Virus record (IMG/VR): IMGVR_UViG_3300002301_000052
Location: 1-27,272 of that record
Length of the DNA: 27,272 bases
Source: a virus
Taxonomy: Duplodnaviria > Caudoviricetes
Direction: 5' to 3' (one strand)
Below are positions 1 through 8,839 of the stretch, piece after piece; the first letter of the stretch is position 1, and every line of letters begins with the position of its first letter. The notes beneath the pieces were generated by a model. That model had not been told where the DNA came from. It searched no databases and saw only the letters and a list, made by a program, of their open reading frames with translations. The translations under genes and the position numbers were made by a program.

Positions 1-3000
1 TTGTAAGTGTTCCCATGACAAGTTTGCCACCGCCTGTTCCAGTTCCACCTTGAACAAGAAGATAGCCATCATTTATACCATCAACGCCACCACCAGTATT
101 AAAGGTGCTGCTATTGATACCCATATCAATATAGCCAGTAGTATCAGTTCCATTATCAGCAGTTACAACGATGTCACCACTGGCGCTGCCGCCACTGTTT
201 TTGTTTTGAACAACAATCTGAGTATAGGTATTAACATTATCAACATATGTAAAATGTGCATTTGGTAACCCAATATTAGGAGTAAGTCCAATCGTAGTAT
301 AATTTGGAAGAGTTACATTGCCGCCACTAACATAAACATTGCTATAAAATTGTGTATAACCGTTTACAGTATTAAATCCATTGGCAAATGATACATAACT
401 TGGATTGCCATTTGCTGTAATAGATACAGTTACAACATTTCCAGTGTTTGCATATGTTAATCCTGTTGTTCCACTAACCGTATTAGTAAACAAGAAACCA
501 TTATTATTTGAATTACTTGTAACATTAAAAGTATACGCATATACAGCAGTATTTGAAATTGAAACATTTGCAGTAGAAATATTATTAAATGCATATACGT
601 TATTTGAAATAACATAACCAGTGTTTGACAATAGGATATTGCCGGGAGTAGTTAAACTGCCATCAAATTGGCTAAATGTCCAATAATATGCTTTACTGGT
701 AGTTACGTTAGGATTGTAGTTGCTCAATGTAACCGTAGTGCCGAGACCACCTGGAAGAGTTAAAACATCGCCGTTTTTATAGCCAGTACCAGGATTAGTT
801 ACAACAAGTGAAGCTTGTGTAACATAACCACCAGTTGAACTATAAGATGCGGTCATTCCCGTGCCTGTTCCACCTGTCAATGATTGGTTATTGTAAGGAG
901 GAGAGTTATATCCACCAGCGATGTTATATAAAGTAATGACATTATACACGCCATAAGTGCGTATATTCATATTAGTGCTTGTGCCTGCTATAATGTTTCC
1001 ATTTGCAGTAAGAAGAATATTACCAGCACCAACATTGCCTGTATAAGTTGGCATATAGCTTGCAACGTTACTGTTACTATATGTTCCAGTAATTGTTGAT
1101 GCTAGTGTAGTATTATTGTTAAACCAATAGAAACCATTGGCATACATATTTGTATTTGCTACCATATTACCAGCAACTACATAACCAGTTCCAGTGATAT
1201 TACCACTTGCCCCACTTGTCAGTGAAAGATTGCCAGCAGAAATATTACCGTTATAAGTTACCAAATAAGCAGCAACGTTGGTGTTACTATATGAAGAACC
1301 ACCGCTTGTAATACCAGACAAATAATAACCATTACCAAAATAGAAATTAGCATTGACATTACCTGCGTAGGTTGGTAAGTAATTAGCTACATCACTATTG
1401 CCATAAGTTCCACCGCTGCCACTATTAAATGCCACGCCATTTGACCAATAGATACCAGTTGCAATAACATTACCATAAACCGCACCATTGGCATAAACAA
1501 ATGTTCCACCAGGTCCAGTTAAGCTACCATCATTGCCAAATGTATATTGTTGTGTGCCATTTGCCTTGACACTAACTTGATATTTTCCAATGATAGCAAG
1601 ATCAAGTGAGTTGTCTTCAACTATTTGTGCACCACCAACTGTAAATTGAATCTTTGGTGTTGCAATTTGCGTTAGTGCATTGAAGTTATTAGCATAAGCA
1701 TTTGCCCAATAAAGCGAAGAATTGCCAAGATTGTATGCAATATTAGCAAGAGGGGTATGATTTCCAGTTACAATATTGCCAATATTTCCATTATATGTTG
1801 GCAGATAAGCAGCAACACTTGTATTACTATATGTTGAACTGCTAAATGGAGCACCATTGTTTAACCAATAAAATCCATTAGCATAAATCGCTGTATTAGC
1901 AATTGCATTACTTGCATAAACATTTGAACTTTGTGCAGTAATATTAGCACTTGATACTAAACCGCCTAATGCATTTGTTATTCCACTTACATAGATACCA
2001 TTTGCACTGTTAAAGTTTGCTCTTTGCCCAAATTGAACGGCTGAACCGTTAGTTGTTGTGATGTTATTATCAGTTCCACTAATTTTAAACGCTGTTCCAA
2101 CAGCTAGATTGCCTACACTGATATTTCCAGCAAGATAAGACGTAACATTAGAGTTACTGTAAACCTGTGTTTGTAGCGTAGCAATTGCACTATTAGCAGC
2201 AGTAATATTTGCATTTATATTGGTAATTACAGAATTAGTAGGAAGATAAGATGCAACATTGGAATTACTATATGTTCCAGTCTGTGGGTTTGCAACAAGA
2301 TATGCGGCAACTTGGGTATTTCCATAAGTTGCTGCAAGACCAGTAAGGTAATAACCATTACCAGTATAATAAGTTGCACTAACATTACCAGAAGCAGTGA
2401 TATTACCACTTGCTATAATACTATTGGCATATTCAGTTTTAGAAATTGTTTCATAGTTTGAGGTAACGATATTTCCTGTTACAATAAGATTACCATTTAC
2501 TGTTAAATTGCCAGTTGATGTTATTGCACCAGTTGAAGTAATATTACCAGTTACAATAAGACCATTGCCATACTTAAAGCGACCCATTTCATTGCTTGGA
2601 GCATCGCCACCAACAGCAAATATAATGTCATTTGGTTGGTCAATAGTAGCAATAAGAAGTTTTCCGCCTTCTACAAGCAAATAGCCATCATCTGCACCAT
2701 CAAGACCACCGCCACCACTAAATGTACTACTGTTTATACCCATATCAATATAATGAGTACTATCAGTTCCATTATCAGAAGTTACAACAATGTCACCACT
2801 TGCATTACTTCCACTATTTTTATTTTGTAATAAAAATTGTGTGAAACTGTTTACATTGTCAACATAGGTTAATTTTGCATTTGTTGGTGTAAAATTAGGC
2901 AATAATCCAATTGTCGTATTATTTGGTAGAGTAAATGAATTTCCAGAAGCATACACATTACTATAAATTGTAGTTAATGTTCCACCAATATAGCTAATGC

Positions 3001-4309
3001 CGTTTGAATAAAAAGTTATTATTGGATTACCATTTGCAGATAGATTTAATCCATAAACATTGTTTCCAACAATAGCAGGAGTTAGTCCAGTTGTTCCAAC
3101 AAATCCATTGTTAAAAAGATAACCGATGCTTGCATCTGGCGCAGAAGTAATATAATAACTGCCAGCACTTTCATGATTTCCAGCATTAATATTTCCAGAA
3201 ACATAAAAACTTGCATTGTTAAGAGATAATAGATTATTGCTATTGGCATTTAAAAATACTGATTGATTTTTGAAGATAAGAGAACCGCCAATAGTAACAC
3301 TGTTGTTTGCGGCCAAATCATTAGTATAAACGGTATTAGTAACAGTTAAGTTAGGAAATGTGGCTGTTCCGCCGCCACTAAGAATGGCAATTACTTCTTC
3401 ATTTAGTGTATTAACATTTGCTTGAAGAATTGAAATTTGTCCATTTGCAGCAAGTAAGTTTGCATTAAGAAGAGAAATTTCAGTTTCTTGTGTTGAAGCA
3501 TTGCTTTGTAATACGGCAATTTGTGATTGAGCAGTTGACATTTCACTATTAAGAGTGTTGATGTAACTTGCTTGTATTGAAGCATTAATAGTTAATGTAT
3601 TAATATTGCTGTTTGCAGCATTAATTTGTGCAGCATTTGCAAACGCAGTTCCAACAACAATACTGTTTACTTCATTGGCAAGGTTTACAACTTCTGCATT
3701 TAAATTGTTAAGTTGGGTTGCCTGGTAAGCAGCGTTAGTGACTAAACCAGGTATAAGCGCAGTATTTGATGAAAGATTGTTAAGTGTTGAAATATTAGCA
3801 TTGCTAAAAGCAGTAGGTTGCTCTGTTCCATCAGGAAATACAAGTACTCCATATGGATTAAATTGCCAATATACACTCAAGTAATCTGGACCATTGCCAG
3901 TTACTAACCAAACACTGTTATTGCCATATAATAAAGAATCAAGATCATCTTGTAAAACCAAACTACTATATTGTGTGCTATTATTTGGAATAATAGTAAG
4001 CGTATTTTCAGATTGATTTATATAACCAGTATTGTTCAAATAAAGAGAATCATTAAGATATAAACTATTCCAAGCATAATTTACATTGCCCAAGCTATAA
4101 TAATTGGTAGAAATAGGAATAACATTGTTATAAACATTTCCTGTAACAATATTAAGATTGGCAAGGTTTACTTGATGCCCACCTGCGGTGTTTCCATCCA
4201 TGATATAAAGATTATTCGTGCTTTCGTCAATGACGAACTCACCCTCGTGTCCAACTAATTGGTTAATTAATAATGGGCTGATTTTACCAAAATAACGACG
4301 CAGTGCCAT
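1..4309 (-). CDS. Large tail fibre / virion structural protein, 3'-truncated by the window edge (>1,430 aa)
   Basis: ATG at 4309 with SD AGGA; begins MALRRYFGKISPLLINQLVGHEGEFVIDESTNNLYIMDGNTAGGH, resembling the Mtd_N/hyaluronidase-type N-terminal fibre anchor (GE-x-V-D...DG-x-TAGG). The same frame reads sensibly at the window edge (GGGVDGINDGYLLVQGG...KLVMGTLT). N/G/T/S-rich with internal repeats. Absence from the ORF track is consistent with no in-window stop. Confidence 0.85.
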   Translation of the reverse strand, partial: MALRRYFGKISPLLINQLVGHEGEFVIDESTNNLYIMDGNTAGGHQVNLANLNIVTGNVYNNVIPISTNYYSLGNVNYAWNSLYLNDSLYLNNTGYINQSENTLTIIPNNSTQYSSLVLQDDLDSLLYGNNSVWLVTGNGPDYLSVYWQFNPYGVLVFPDGTEQPTAFSNANISTLNNLSSNTALIPGLVTNAAYQATQLNNLNAEVVNLANEVNSIVVGTAFANAAQINAANSNINTLTINASIQASYINTLNSEMSTAQSQIAVLQSNASTQETEISLLNANLLAANGQISILQANVNTLNEEVIAILSGGGTATFPNLTVTNTVYTNDLAANNSVTIGGSLIFKNQSVFLNANSNNLLSLNNASFYVSGNINAGNHESAGSYYITSAPDASIGYLFNNGFVGTTGLTPAIVGNNVYGLNLSANGNPIITFYSNGISYIGGTLTTIYSNVYASGNSFTLPNNTTIGLLPNFTPTNAKLTYVDNVNSFTQFLLQNKNSGSNASGDIVVTSDNGTDSTHYIDMGINSSTFSGGGGLDGADDGYLLVEGGKLLIATIDQPNDIIFAVGGDAPSNEMGRFKYGNGLIVTGNITSTGAITSTGNLTVNGNLIVTGNIVTSNYETISKTEYANSIIASGNITASGNVSATYYTGNGYYLTGLAATYGNTQVAAYLVANPQTGTYSNSNVASYLPTNSVITNINANITAANSAIATLQTQVYSNSNVTSYLAGNISVGNLAVGTAFKISGTDNNITTTNGSAVQFGQRANFNSANGIYVSGITNALGGLVSSANITAQSSNVYASNAIANTAIYANGFYWLNNGAPFSSSTYSNTSVAAYLPTYNGNIGNIVTGNHTPLANIAYNLGNSSLYWANAYANNFNALTQIATPKIQFTVGGAQIVEDNSLDLAIIGKYQVSVKANGTQQYTFGNDGSLTGPGGTFVYANGAVYGNVIATGIYWSNGVAFNSGSGGTYGNSDVANYLPTYAGNVNANFYFGNGYYLSGITSGGSSYSNTNVAAYLVTYNGNISAGNLSLTSGASGNITGTGYVVAGNMVANTNMYANGFYWFNNNTTLASTITGTYSNSNVASYMPTYTGNVGAGNILLTANGNIIAGTSTNMNIRTYGVYNVITLYNIAGGYNSPPYNNQSLTGGTGTGMTASYSSTGGYVTQASLVVTNPGTGYKNGDVLTLPGGLGTTVTLSNYNPNVTTSKAYYWTFSQFDGSLTTPGNILLSNTGYVISNNVYAFNNISTANVSISNTAVYAYTFNVTSNSNNNGFLFTNTVSGTTGLTYANTGNVVTVSITANGNPSYVSFANGFNTVNGYTQFYSNVYVSGGNVTLPNYTTIGLTPNIGLPNAHFTYVDNVNTYTQIVVQNKNSGGSASGDIVVTADNGTDTTGYIDMGINSSTFNTGGGVDGINDGYLLVQGGTGTGGGKLVMGTLT

Positions 4310-4329
4310 GCTTATATCCTATTATCTTA

Positions 4330-4335
4330 TATTTA
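4330..4335 (-). promoter_or_regulatory. Late-promoter-like TAAATA upstream of the fibre gene
   Basis: GGTAAATATAAG on the minus strand ~20 nt before the ATG; core of the T4 late promoter TATAAATA, and gp55 is encoded in the window. Confidence 0.55.
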
Positions 4336-4418
4336 CCATAAAATGAATGATTACTTACCCATGCTTTTAGTGCATATCAGGGTATGTTTTAACGCAGTTA
4401 GATTTATGTTGCGGTGCA

Positions 4419-4426
4419 TATAAATA
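4419..4426 (+). promoter_or_regulatory. T4-type late promoter TATAAATA upstream of the DUF1127 gene
   Basis: Exact TATAAATA 36 nt upstream of the ATG at 4463. Confidence 0.6.
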
Positions 4427-4462
4427 GGTGATATAAAAGAACATACCTCATGGAGAAATACA

Positions 4463-4624
4463 ATGAAGACCCTCGTAAAAAGCATAGCAACAAAGATATC
4501 AAAATATAATCGTTATCGTCGTACTGTTATTGAACTAAGCAATCTAACTAATCGCGATCTTGCTGATATTGGAATTTCACGCTGTGATATTCCTCGTGTT
4601 GCACAGATGCAAGTAAGTCGCTAA
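4463..4624 (+). CDS. DUF1127 (YjiS-like) small protein, 53 aa
   Basis: SD GGAG then ATG; MKTLVKSIATKISKYNRYRRTVIELSNLTNRDLADIGISRCDIPRVAQMQVSR matches the DUF1127 pattern R-x-R-R-T-x-x-E-L-x-x-L-x-x-R-x-L-x-D-I-G-I-S-R-x-D-I. Below the ORF-track length cutoff. Confidence 0.9.
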   Translation: MKTLVKSIATKISKYNRYRRTVIELSNLTNRDLADIGISRCDIPRVAQMQVSR

Positions 4625-4649
4625 ATTTTTTATTAAAAAAATTAGCAAT

Positions 4650-4680
4650 AAAAAAGCCCCTTTTCAGGGGCTTTTTCTTT
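4650..4680. terminator. Bidirectional intrinsic terminator between the convergent DUF1127 and major capsid genes
   Basis: AAAAAAGCCCCT-TTTC-AGGGGCTTTTT: GC stem flanked by A and T tracts. Confidence 0.9.
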
Positions 4681-4699
4681 GTTAGAATCAAACTCAGTA

Positions 4700-5899
4700 T
4701 TACTGGAATGAAAGGTTGCTTACAGCGATTTCACTTAGGTAGTCAGCGGCGTTACCGAAGCTGGATGCTACGTTAGTCAATTCAATGTAACCATAACGAG
4801 TCATAAAGCCAACAACTGGTTCGAATGTTGATGGATCAAGGATCACACCAGATGACATTAGAGGGATGTATGGGCAATAGAACGCTGCGGCGTCTGCTTC
4901 ACTAGTACCTTTGTAACCAACTAGAACTGGAATAGTGTCAGTTGCATATGAGTCAACATAGATACGCATTGCACCGTTGAGAGTACCAACGAACTTAGTG
5001 TTTGTCGGGGCTTCAAAAGCACCTTCAGTAGTACGAGCAAATGCTGAAGTAGTTGCAGACTGAAGAACAGTCAATGCAGCACTTGAAACAACTGCCCAGT
5101 TACCTGCACCGCGACGAGTGCGCTGTGCAATTAGGTTAGCAGCACGATTGATTAGAACAGCTAGAGCAGCATGTTCGTCACCAACGAATGTTGCAGTACC
5201 ACTTACAGTAGCCTGGTTGAAAGTGAATTCACTTGCAGCTAGGGAACGAAGGCTGTAAAGGATTTCCTGATCAATTTCAGCAGTGATTTCCTGAGCCAAA
5301 GCAGCCATAATTTCTGCTTCGATATCAAGACCATGCATTGCCTGAGCGTCTTGAGCAGCTTCAAAAGTCCAACGTGCTGATAGCTTACGAGTCTTAGCTT
5401 CAACAGGTTGCTTTAGAATCTGGACGTTCAAACGACGACCTGGTGTGCCTTCAAGAGCAGCAGTTAGACCAGCACGACCGTCTGGGCTATTAACACCAGA
5501 AGCAGCACCTGAATAACCAGAAGCAATCTTGAATGGTGAAAGTGCTTCGTCATTGATGTTTGCACCAGTTCCGAATTGACCTGTACCATTGCTAGTGAAC
5601 TGATCTGCATAACGAACACGTAGAGTGTGAATTTGTGCGACTGGACCAGTCATTGGCTGAACACCAACGATTTCGTTGGCGATAACAGTTGGCATGACAC
5701 GACGGATAACAGGTAGGATAACACGGTTAAGTGTTGCTACGTTACCAGAGGCTGTACCACCTGCTGTTGCGTTTTCTGCAAGATAACGCTTTGTGTTTTC
5801 GAGCACCATGCTCATTGTTGTACGACGATTACCGCTTAGACCTTCCAACAGGGCTGACTTGGTTTCGTCCCAACGGCCTTCAATTAATTCTTGTGACAT
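4700..5899 (-). CDS. gp23: Major capsid protein, T4 gp23-like
   Basis: Motifs LPVIRRVMPTVIANEIVGVQPMTGP, VEAKTRKLSARWTFEAAQD, EITAEIDQE, FYCPYIPL, GFMTRYG; SD GGAG; follows scaffold and protease. Confidence 0.97.
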   Translation of the reverse strand: MSQELIEGRWDETKSALLEGLSGNRRTTMSMVLENTKRYLAENATAGGTASGNVATLNRVILPVIRRVMPTVIANEIVGVQPMTGPVAQIHTLRVRYADQFTSNGTGQFGTGANINDEALSPFKIASGYSGAASGVNSPDGRAGLTAALEGTPGRRLNVQILKQPVEAKTRKLSARWTFEAAQDAQAMHGLDIEAEIMAALAQEITAEIDQEILYSLRSLAASEFTFNQATVSGTATFVGDEHAALAVLINRAANLIAQRTRRGAGNWAVVSSAALTVLQSATTSAFARTTEGAFEAPTNTKFVGTLNGAMRIYVDSYATDTIPVLVGYKGTSEADAAAFYCPYIPLMSSGVILDPSTFEPVVGFMTRYGYIELTNVASSFGNAADYLSEIAVSNLSFQ

Positions 5900-5918
5900 A
5901 GGGTCTTCTCCAATTTAA

Positions 5919-7022
5919 TTAGTTCTTAATAAGACCAGCTAGACGCTTCATTTCAATAATATTTGATGAAGCTTCTTTCTGTTCTGGTTTTACAGCACGA
6001 TCACCTGTAACTTCAGTTTTGCTTTCAATGATAGTCTTTTTAGTTTCTACCTTTGGAGCATTACCTTCCATTACTGGGTTTAAGTACTTTTTGTATGCTG
6101 CGTCTAGTTTATCTGTTGGGACTGATTCCAGCAGTTGTGACATCACAGCGGCTTTGTCCTTGCTAAGCGGGCCTAGCAATTCATTGAGTTTTCCGTTACG
6201 AGCAATAGATTCATTGATTTTACGGATTTCTACTTCTTTAGCCTTAACTTCAGTCATTGCACGTTCTTGAGCATCACGAGCCTCGCTGATTTGACGAGAC
6301 ATTAACTCGATCTTACCAGTAAGTTTCTTGATGTCAGCACGTTCGTTAAGGTAGCTTGCGCCAAACTCAGTTGCAAAAGCTTCAAAAATCTTACGACCGA
6401 AGTTGTTTTCCTTTGCTTCCTGAATATCTGTTTTGAGTTGGTTTAATTCTGTACGTAGATGATTTGTAACAGTGCTTTCTACAAGACTGCTTGCCTTAGC
6501 GACAAAAGAGTCACGAAGTGATTCTAGCTTTTTACGTCCTTCGGTTACTACTGCAACCTTAGTACGAGCAAGATCAGCTTTGTCTTGTGCGAATTCTGCA
6601 ACTTCATTCTGTAGGTTTTCGGCAACAAATGCTTCCAACTTTGAGATTGTTTTAGTCATGTTAGCACGGTCACTGCGAAGTTCAGCAACTTCACTAGCTA
6701 GTGATTCACTAAGATAAGAATCAAAATTCTTAGCCTTGTTCATCATTTGCTGAGTGAACTTTACACGGTCTTCGCTAACCATAGCACGTTCTGCTGCAAT
6801 CTTACCGATTTCAGCATTAAGTGATTCGTTAACCATCTTGTCCAGAGCCTCAACCATATTAGCACGGTCGTGTTGATAACGACTAGCCATTTCTTCACGG
6901 ATTTCATTACGAATTTCACCACGTGCTTCGTCTAGCTTAGCATTCCATGCTTCTTCTAGAGTCTTACGAGTGTCTTCGTTCAGTAGTCCGCTTTCTAGTA
7001 ATGGTTTTAGAGCTTCGAACAT
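5919..7022 (-). CDS. gp22: Prohead core scaffold protein, T4 gp22-like
   Basis: Glu/Lys/Ala-rich coiled-coil protein between protease and capsid genes; several L/I/V-x-E potential gp21 sites; SD AGGAG. Confidence 0.85.
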   Translation of the reverse strand: MFEALKPLLESGLLNEDTRKTLEEAWNAKLDEARGEIRNEIREEMASRYQHDRANMVEALDKMVNESLNAEIGKIAAERAMVSEDRVKFTQQMMNKAKNFDSYLSESLASEVAELRSDRANMTKTISKLEAFVAENLQNEVAEFAQDKADLARTKVAVVTEGRKKLESLRDSFVAKASSLVESTVTNHLRTELNQLKTDIQEAKENNFGRKIFEAFATEFGASYLNERADIKKLTGKIELMSRQISEARDAQERAMTEVKAKEVEIRKINESIARNGKLNELLGPLSKDKAAVMSQLLESVPTDKLDAAYKKYLNPVMEGNAPKVETKKTIIESKTEVTGDRAVKPEQKEASSNIIEMKRLAGLIKN

Positions 7023-7037
7023 TAATTTCTCCTGAAC

Positions 7038-7664
7038 TTATATCTTTAATTCAGCAATAAACTTTGCAACTTCTTTTTGCAAGTATTTCTGAACTCGTTG
7101 ATCTTGATTTAAATCTTTAGCCATTTCCAGTATACGTTGCCCACCATTCATGTTCATCAGTCCTTCATAGACCGCAGTTGGGTAGGCATTAGGTGCACTG
7201 GGTTGTGCGACTATATCAACAGTAACGATATCAAAATCGCTGACTGCGCCGTCGTGTTCATTAACATTACCTGATCCACGACTGCTTACTCCTAGTTTAA
7301 CACCACTTTCTAACATGGTGCGAACTAAATTACCCATTGGGGTGGGCAAAATTTTCATCTTTCCATAACCGTTTGGTCCATCTAACCACATTTCTGTAAT
7401 CATATGACTTACACGGTCTAGATTGATGCGTAAGTTTGTTGGGTGATCTACCTCACCCAACACACTATAACCTGTTTTAATTTGCTTATTAAGAGTTTCA
7501 ATAGCACGATTGATTTCAGTGATAGGATAGACACGTTGATTAGCGTTTTTCACACCACCTTGGATGCAAATTCCCTTGAGGTAAAGGTTTTTGCCTTCAC
7601 CATCATGGGTCATTTCCATTTTAGCCTGATCGTAGCTTAAATTTTCAATAAGCAAGTTATTCAT
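7038..7664 (-). CDS. gp21: Prohead protease, T4 gp21-like
   Basis: KNANQRVY, LGEVDHP (catalytic His), GVSSRGSG (catalytic Ser), DIVAQPSAPNAY. Confidence 0.96.
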   Translation of the reverse strand: MNNLLIENLSYDQAKMEMTHDGEGKNLYLKGICIQGGVKNANQRVYPITEINRAIETLNKQIKTGYSVLGEVDHPTNLRINLDRVSHMITEMWLDGPNGYGKMKILPTPMGNLVRTMLESGVKLGVSSRGSGNVNEHDGAVSDFDIVTVDIVAQPSAPNAYPTAVYEGLMNMNGGQRILEMAKDLNQDQRVQKYLQKEVAKFIAELKI

Positions 7665-7675
7665 TTTAATTCCTA

Positions 7676-8488
7676 TTAACGAGGTAGAACGTCTTTCTTA
7701 TTAACGTTTGGACCACCGCCAGTTGCAAATTTACCTTCTGCACTCTGTGGCTTCTTAGCATTTGAGAAAGCCTTACCAGCGTTTGCACCTGGTACGTTTT
7801 CAAAATTGCCTGCACCCTTTAGCTTGCCTTCGCCCTTGCTATATTCATTGCTTGGACCTTTATATTGCTTGCCGTCTGGGTCTTCGTTTGAAGACTTCTG
7901 TGCGATATTCTTTGCAGTTCCGCCCATGTCGTTCTTGCTAGCAACTACGCTCTTCTTTTGTGTTGAAGACTTGTAGCTATTAACTGCACCAACTGGTGAA
8001 CCTTCGCTGTTGCCTGGTGAAGAAACTTTTTCTACGTATTCACGTACAACGCCTTCTTCTGCCTGATCCTGATGTTCTGGCTCATCGGCTTCTTGTGACA
8101 TTAGCTTTTCAAACTCGGCTTTGAGTTCGTCAAGTGCGTCTTCAAGGTCCATAACACGATCTTCTACATCGCCTTCGCCATGTTCTTCGTGTTCTTCGTC
8201 GCCCATATCCATGTCATCATGATCCATGTCCATGTCCATGCTGTCATCTTCGTCATCCATGCCACCATGGTCGGCTTCAATGTCATGCATCATGTCGTCG
8301 GTTTGATCCATGGAATCTGCTTCTTCCATGTCATAATTCTCATCCATTTCTTCTTCCATTTCTTCTGCAACAATTTGGTTGTAGATGTCACGGCTCTTGG
8401 ATACAACAAGGTTGTGAAATAATTCTTTTGCCTTGTCTGTTTCATCGTTAATGATGTATTCAATTAATTGTTCGTACTGACTACGCAT
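7676..8488 (-). CDS. Acidic prohead core protein (T4 gp67/gp68 position)
   Basis: D/E/M-rich N-terminal half and G/S/K-rich C-terminal half; lies between portal and protease; SD AGGAG and TAAATA at 8523-8528. Function is inferred from synteny. Confidence 0.6.
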   Translation of the reverse strand: MRSQYEQLIEYIINDETDKAKELFHNLVVSKSRDIYNQIVAEEMEEEMDENYDMEEADSMDQTDDMMHDIEADHGGMDDEDDSMDMDMDHDDMDMGDEEHEEHGEGDVEDRVMDLEDALDELKAEFEKLMSQEADEPEHQDQAEEGVVREYVEKVSSPGNSEGSPVGAVNSYKSSTQKKSVVASKNDMGGTAKNIAQKSSNEDPDGKQYKGPSNEYSKGEGKLKGAGNFENVPGANAGKAFSNAKKPQSAEGKFATGGGPNVNKKDVLPR

Positions 8489-8587
8489 ATAAAAACTCCT
8501 GTGGAATTATATCCTGTGTTATTATTTAATGTATGGATTTAAATAGTGCCTCAAATAGCCTAATTTTGACGAATTTATAAATTAATA

Positions 8588-8815
8588 TTATAAACCAGGC
8601 TGTGCGCTTGCTGGTGGAGCACCATATTGTTGACGAACGAGTTTCATTTTATCAATATATTCAACTGTTCGTTGATCATTCATCTTACGAAGTTGATTAA
8701 TCTGAGCAAGCGTTAAACGAGTTTTGCGCAAATCTTTTGGCTTCTCTACACTGTCATCGTGTGAGAGGTCTTGGAAGGCTCCGTTATTTGCATTAAACAT
8801 TTCACTTAAAAACAT
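8588..8815 (-). CDS. Small head-module protein, 75 aa
   Basis: SD GGAG and upstream TAAATA (8831-8836); basic segment RKTRLTLAQINQLRKM; directly downstream of the portal gene. Confidence 0.7.
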   Translation of the reverse strand: MFLSEMFNANNGAFQDLSHDDSVEKPKDLRKTRLTLAQINQLRKMNDQRTVEYIDKMKLVRQQYGAPPASAQPGL

Positions 8816-8839
8816 GCTGTCTCCACTTTTTATTTAGGA

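Noticed and set aside
50-3585. Short track ORFs at 50, 405, 2227, 2636 and 3403
   Set aside because: Antisense or off-frame shadows of the tail fibre gene.
1-4309. Apparent 4.3-kb gap in the ORF track, suggesting stop-codon reassignment or non-coding DNA
   Set aside because: It is a single minus-strand gene running off the window. Other genes are intact under the standard code and end in TAA, TAG or TGA.
4170-4309. Mtd-like N-terminus suggesting a diversity-generating retroelement target
   Set aside because: No reverse transcriptase or adenine-specific TR/VR pair is visible. The internal fibre duplication differs at all base types and by indels. The C-terminus lies outside the window.
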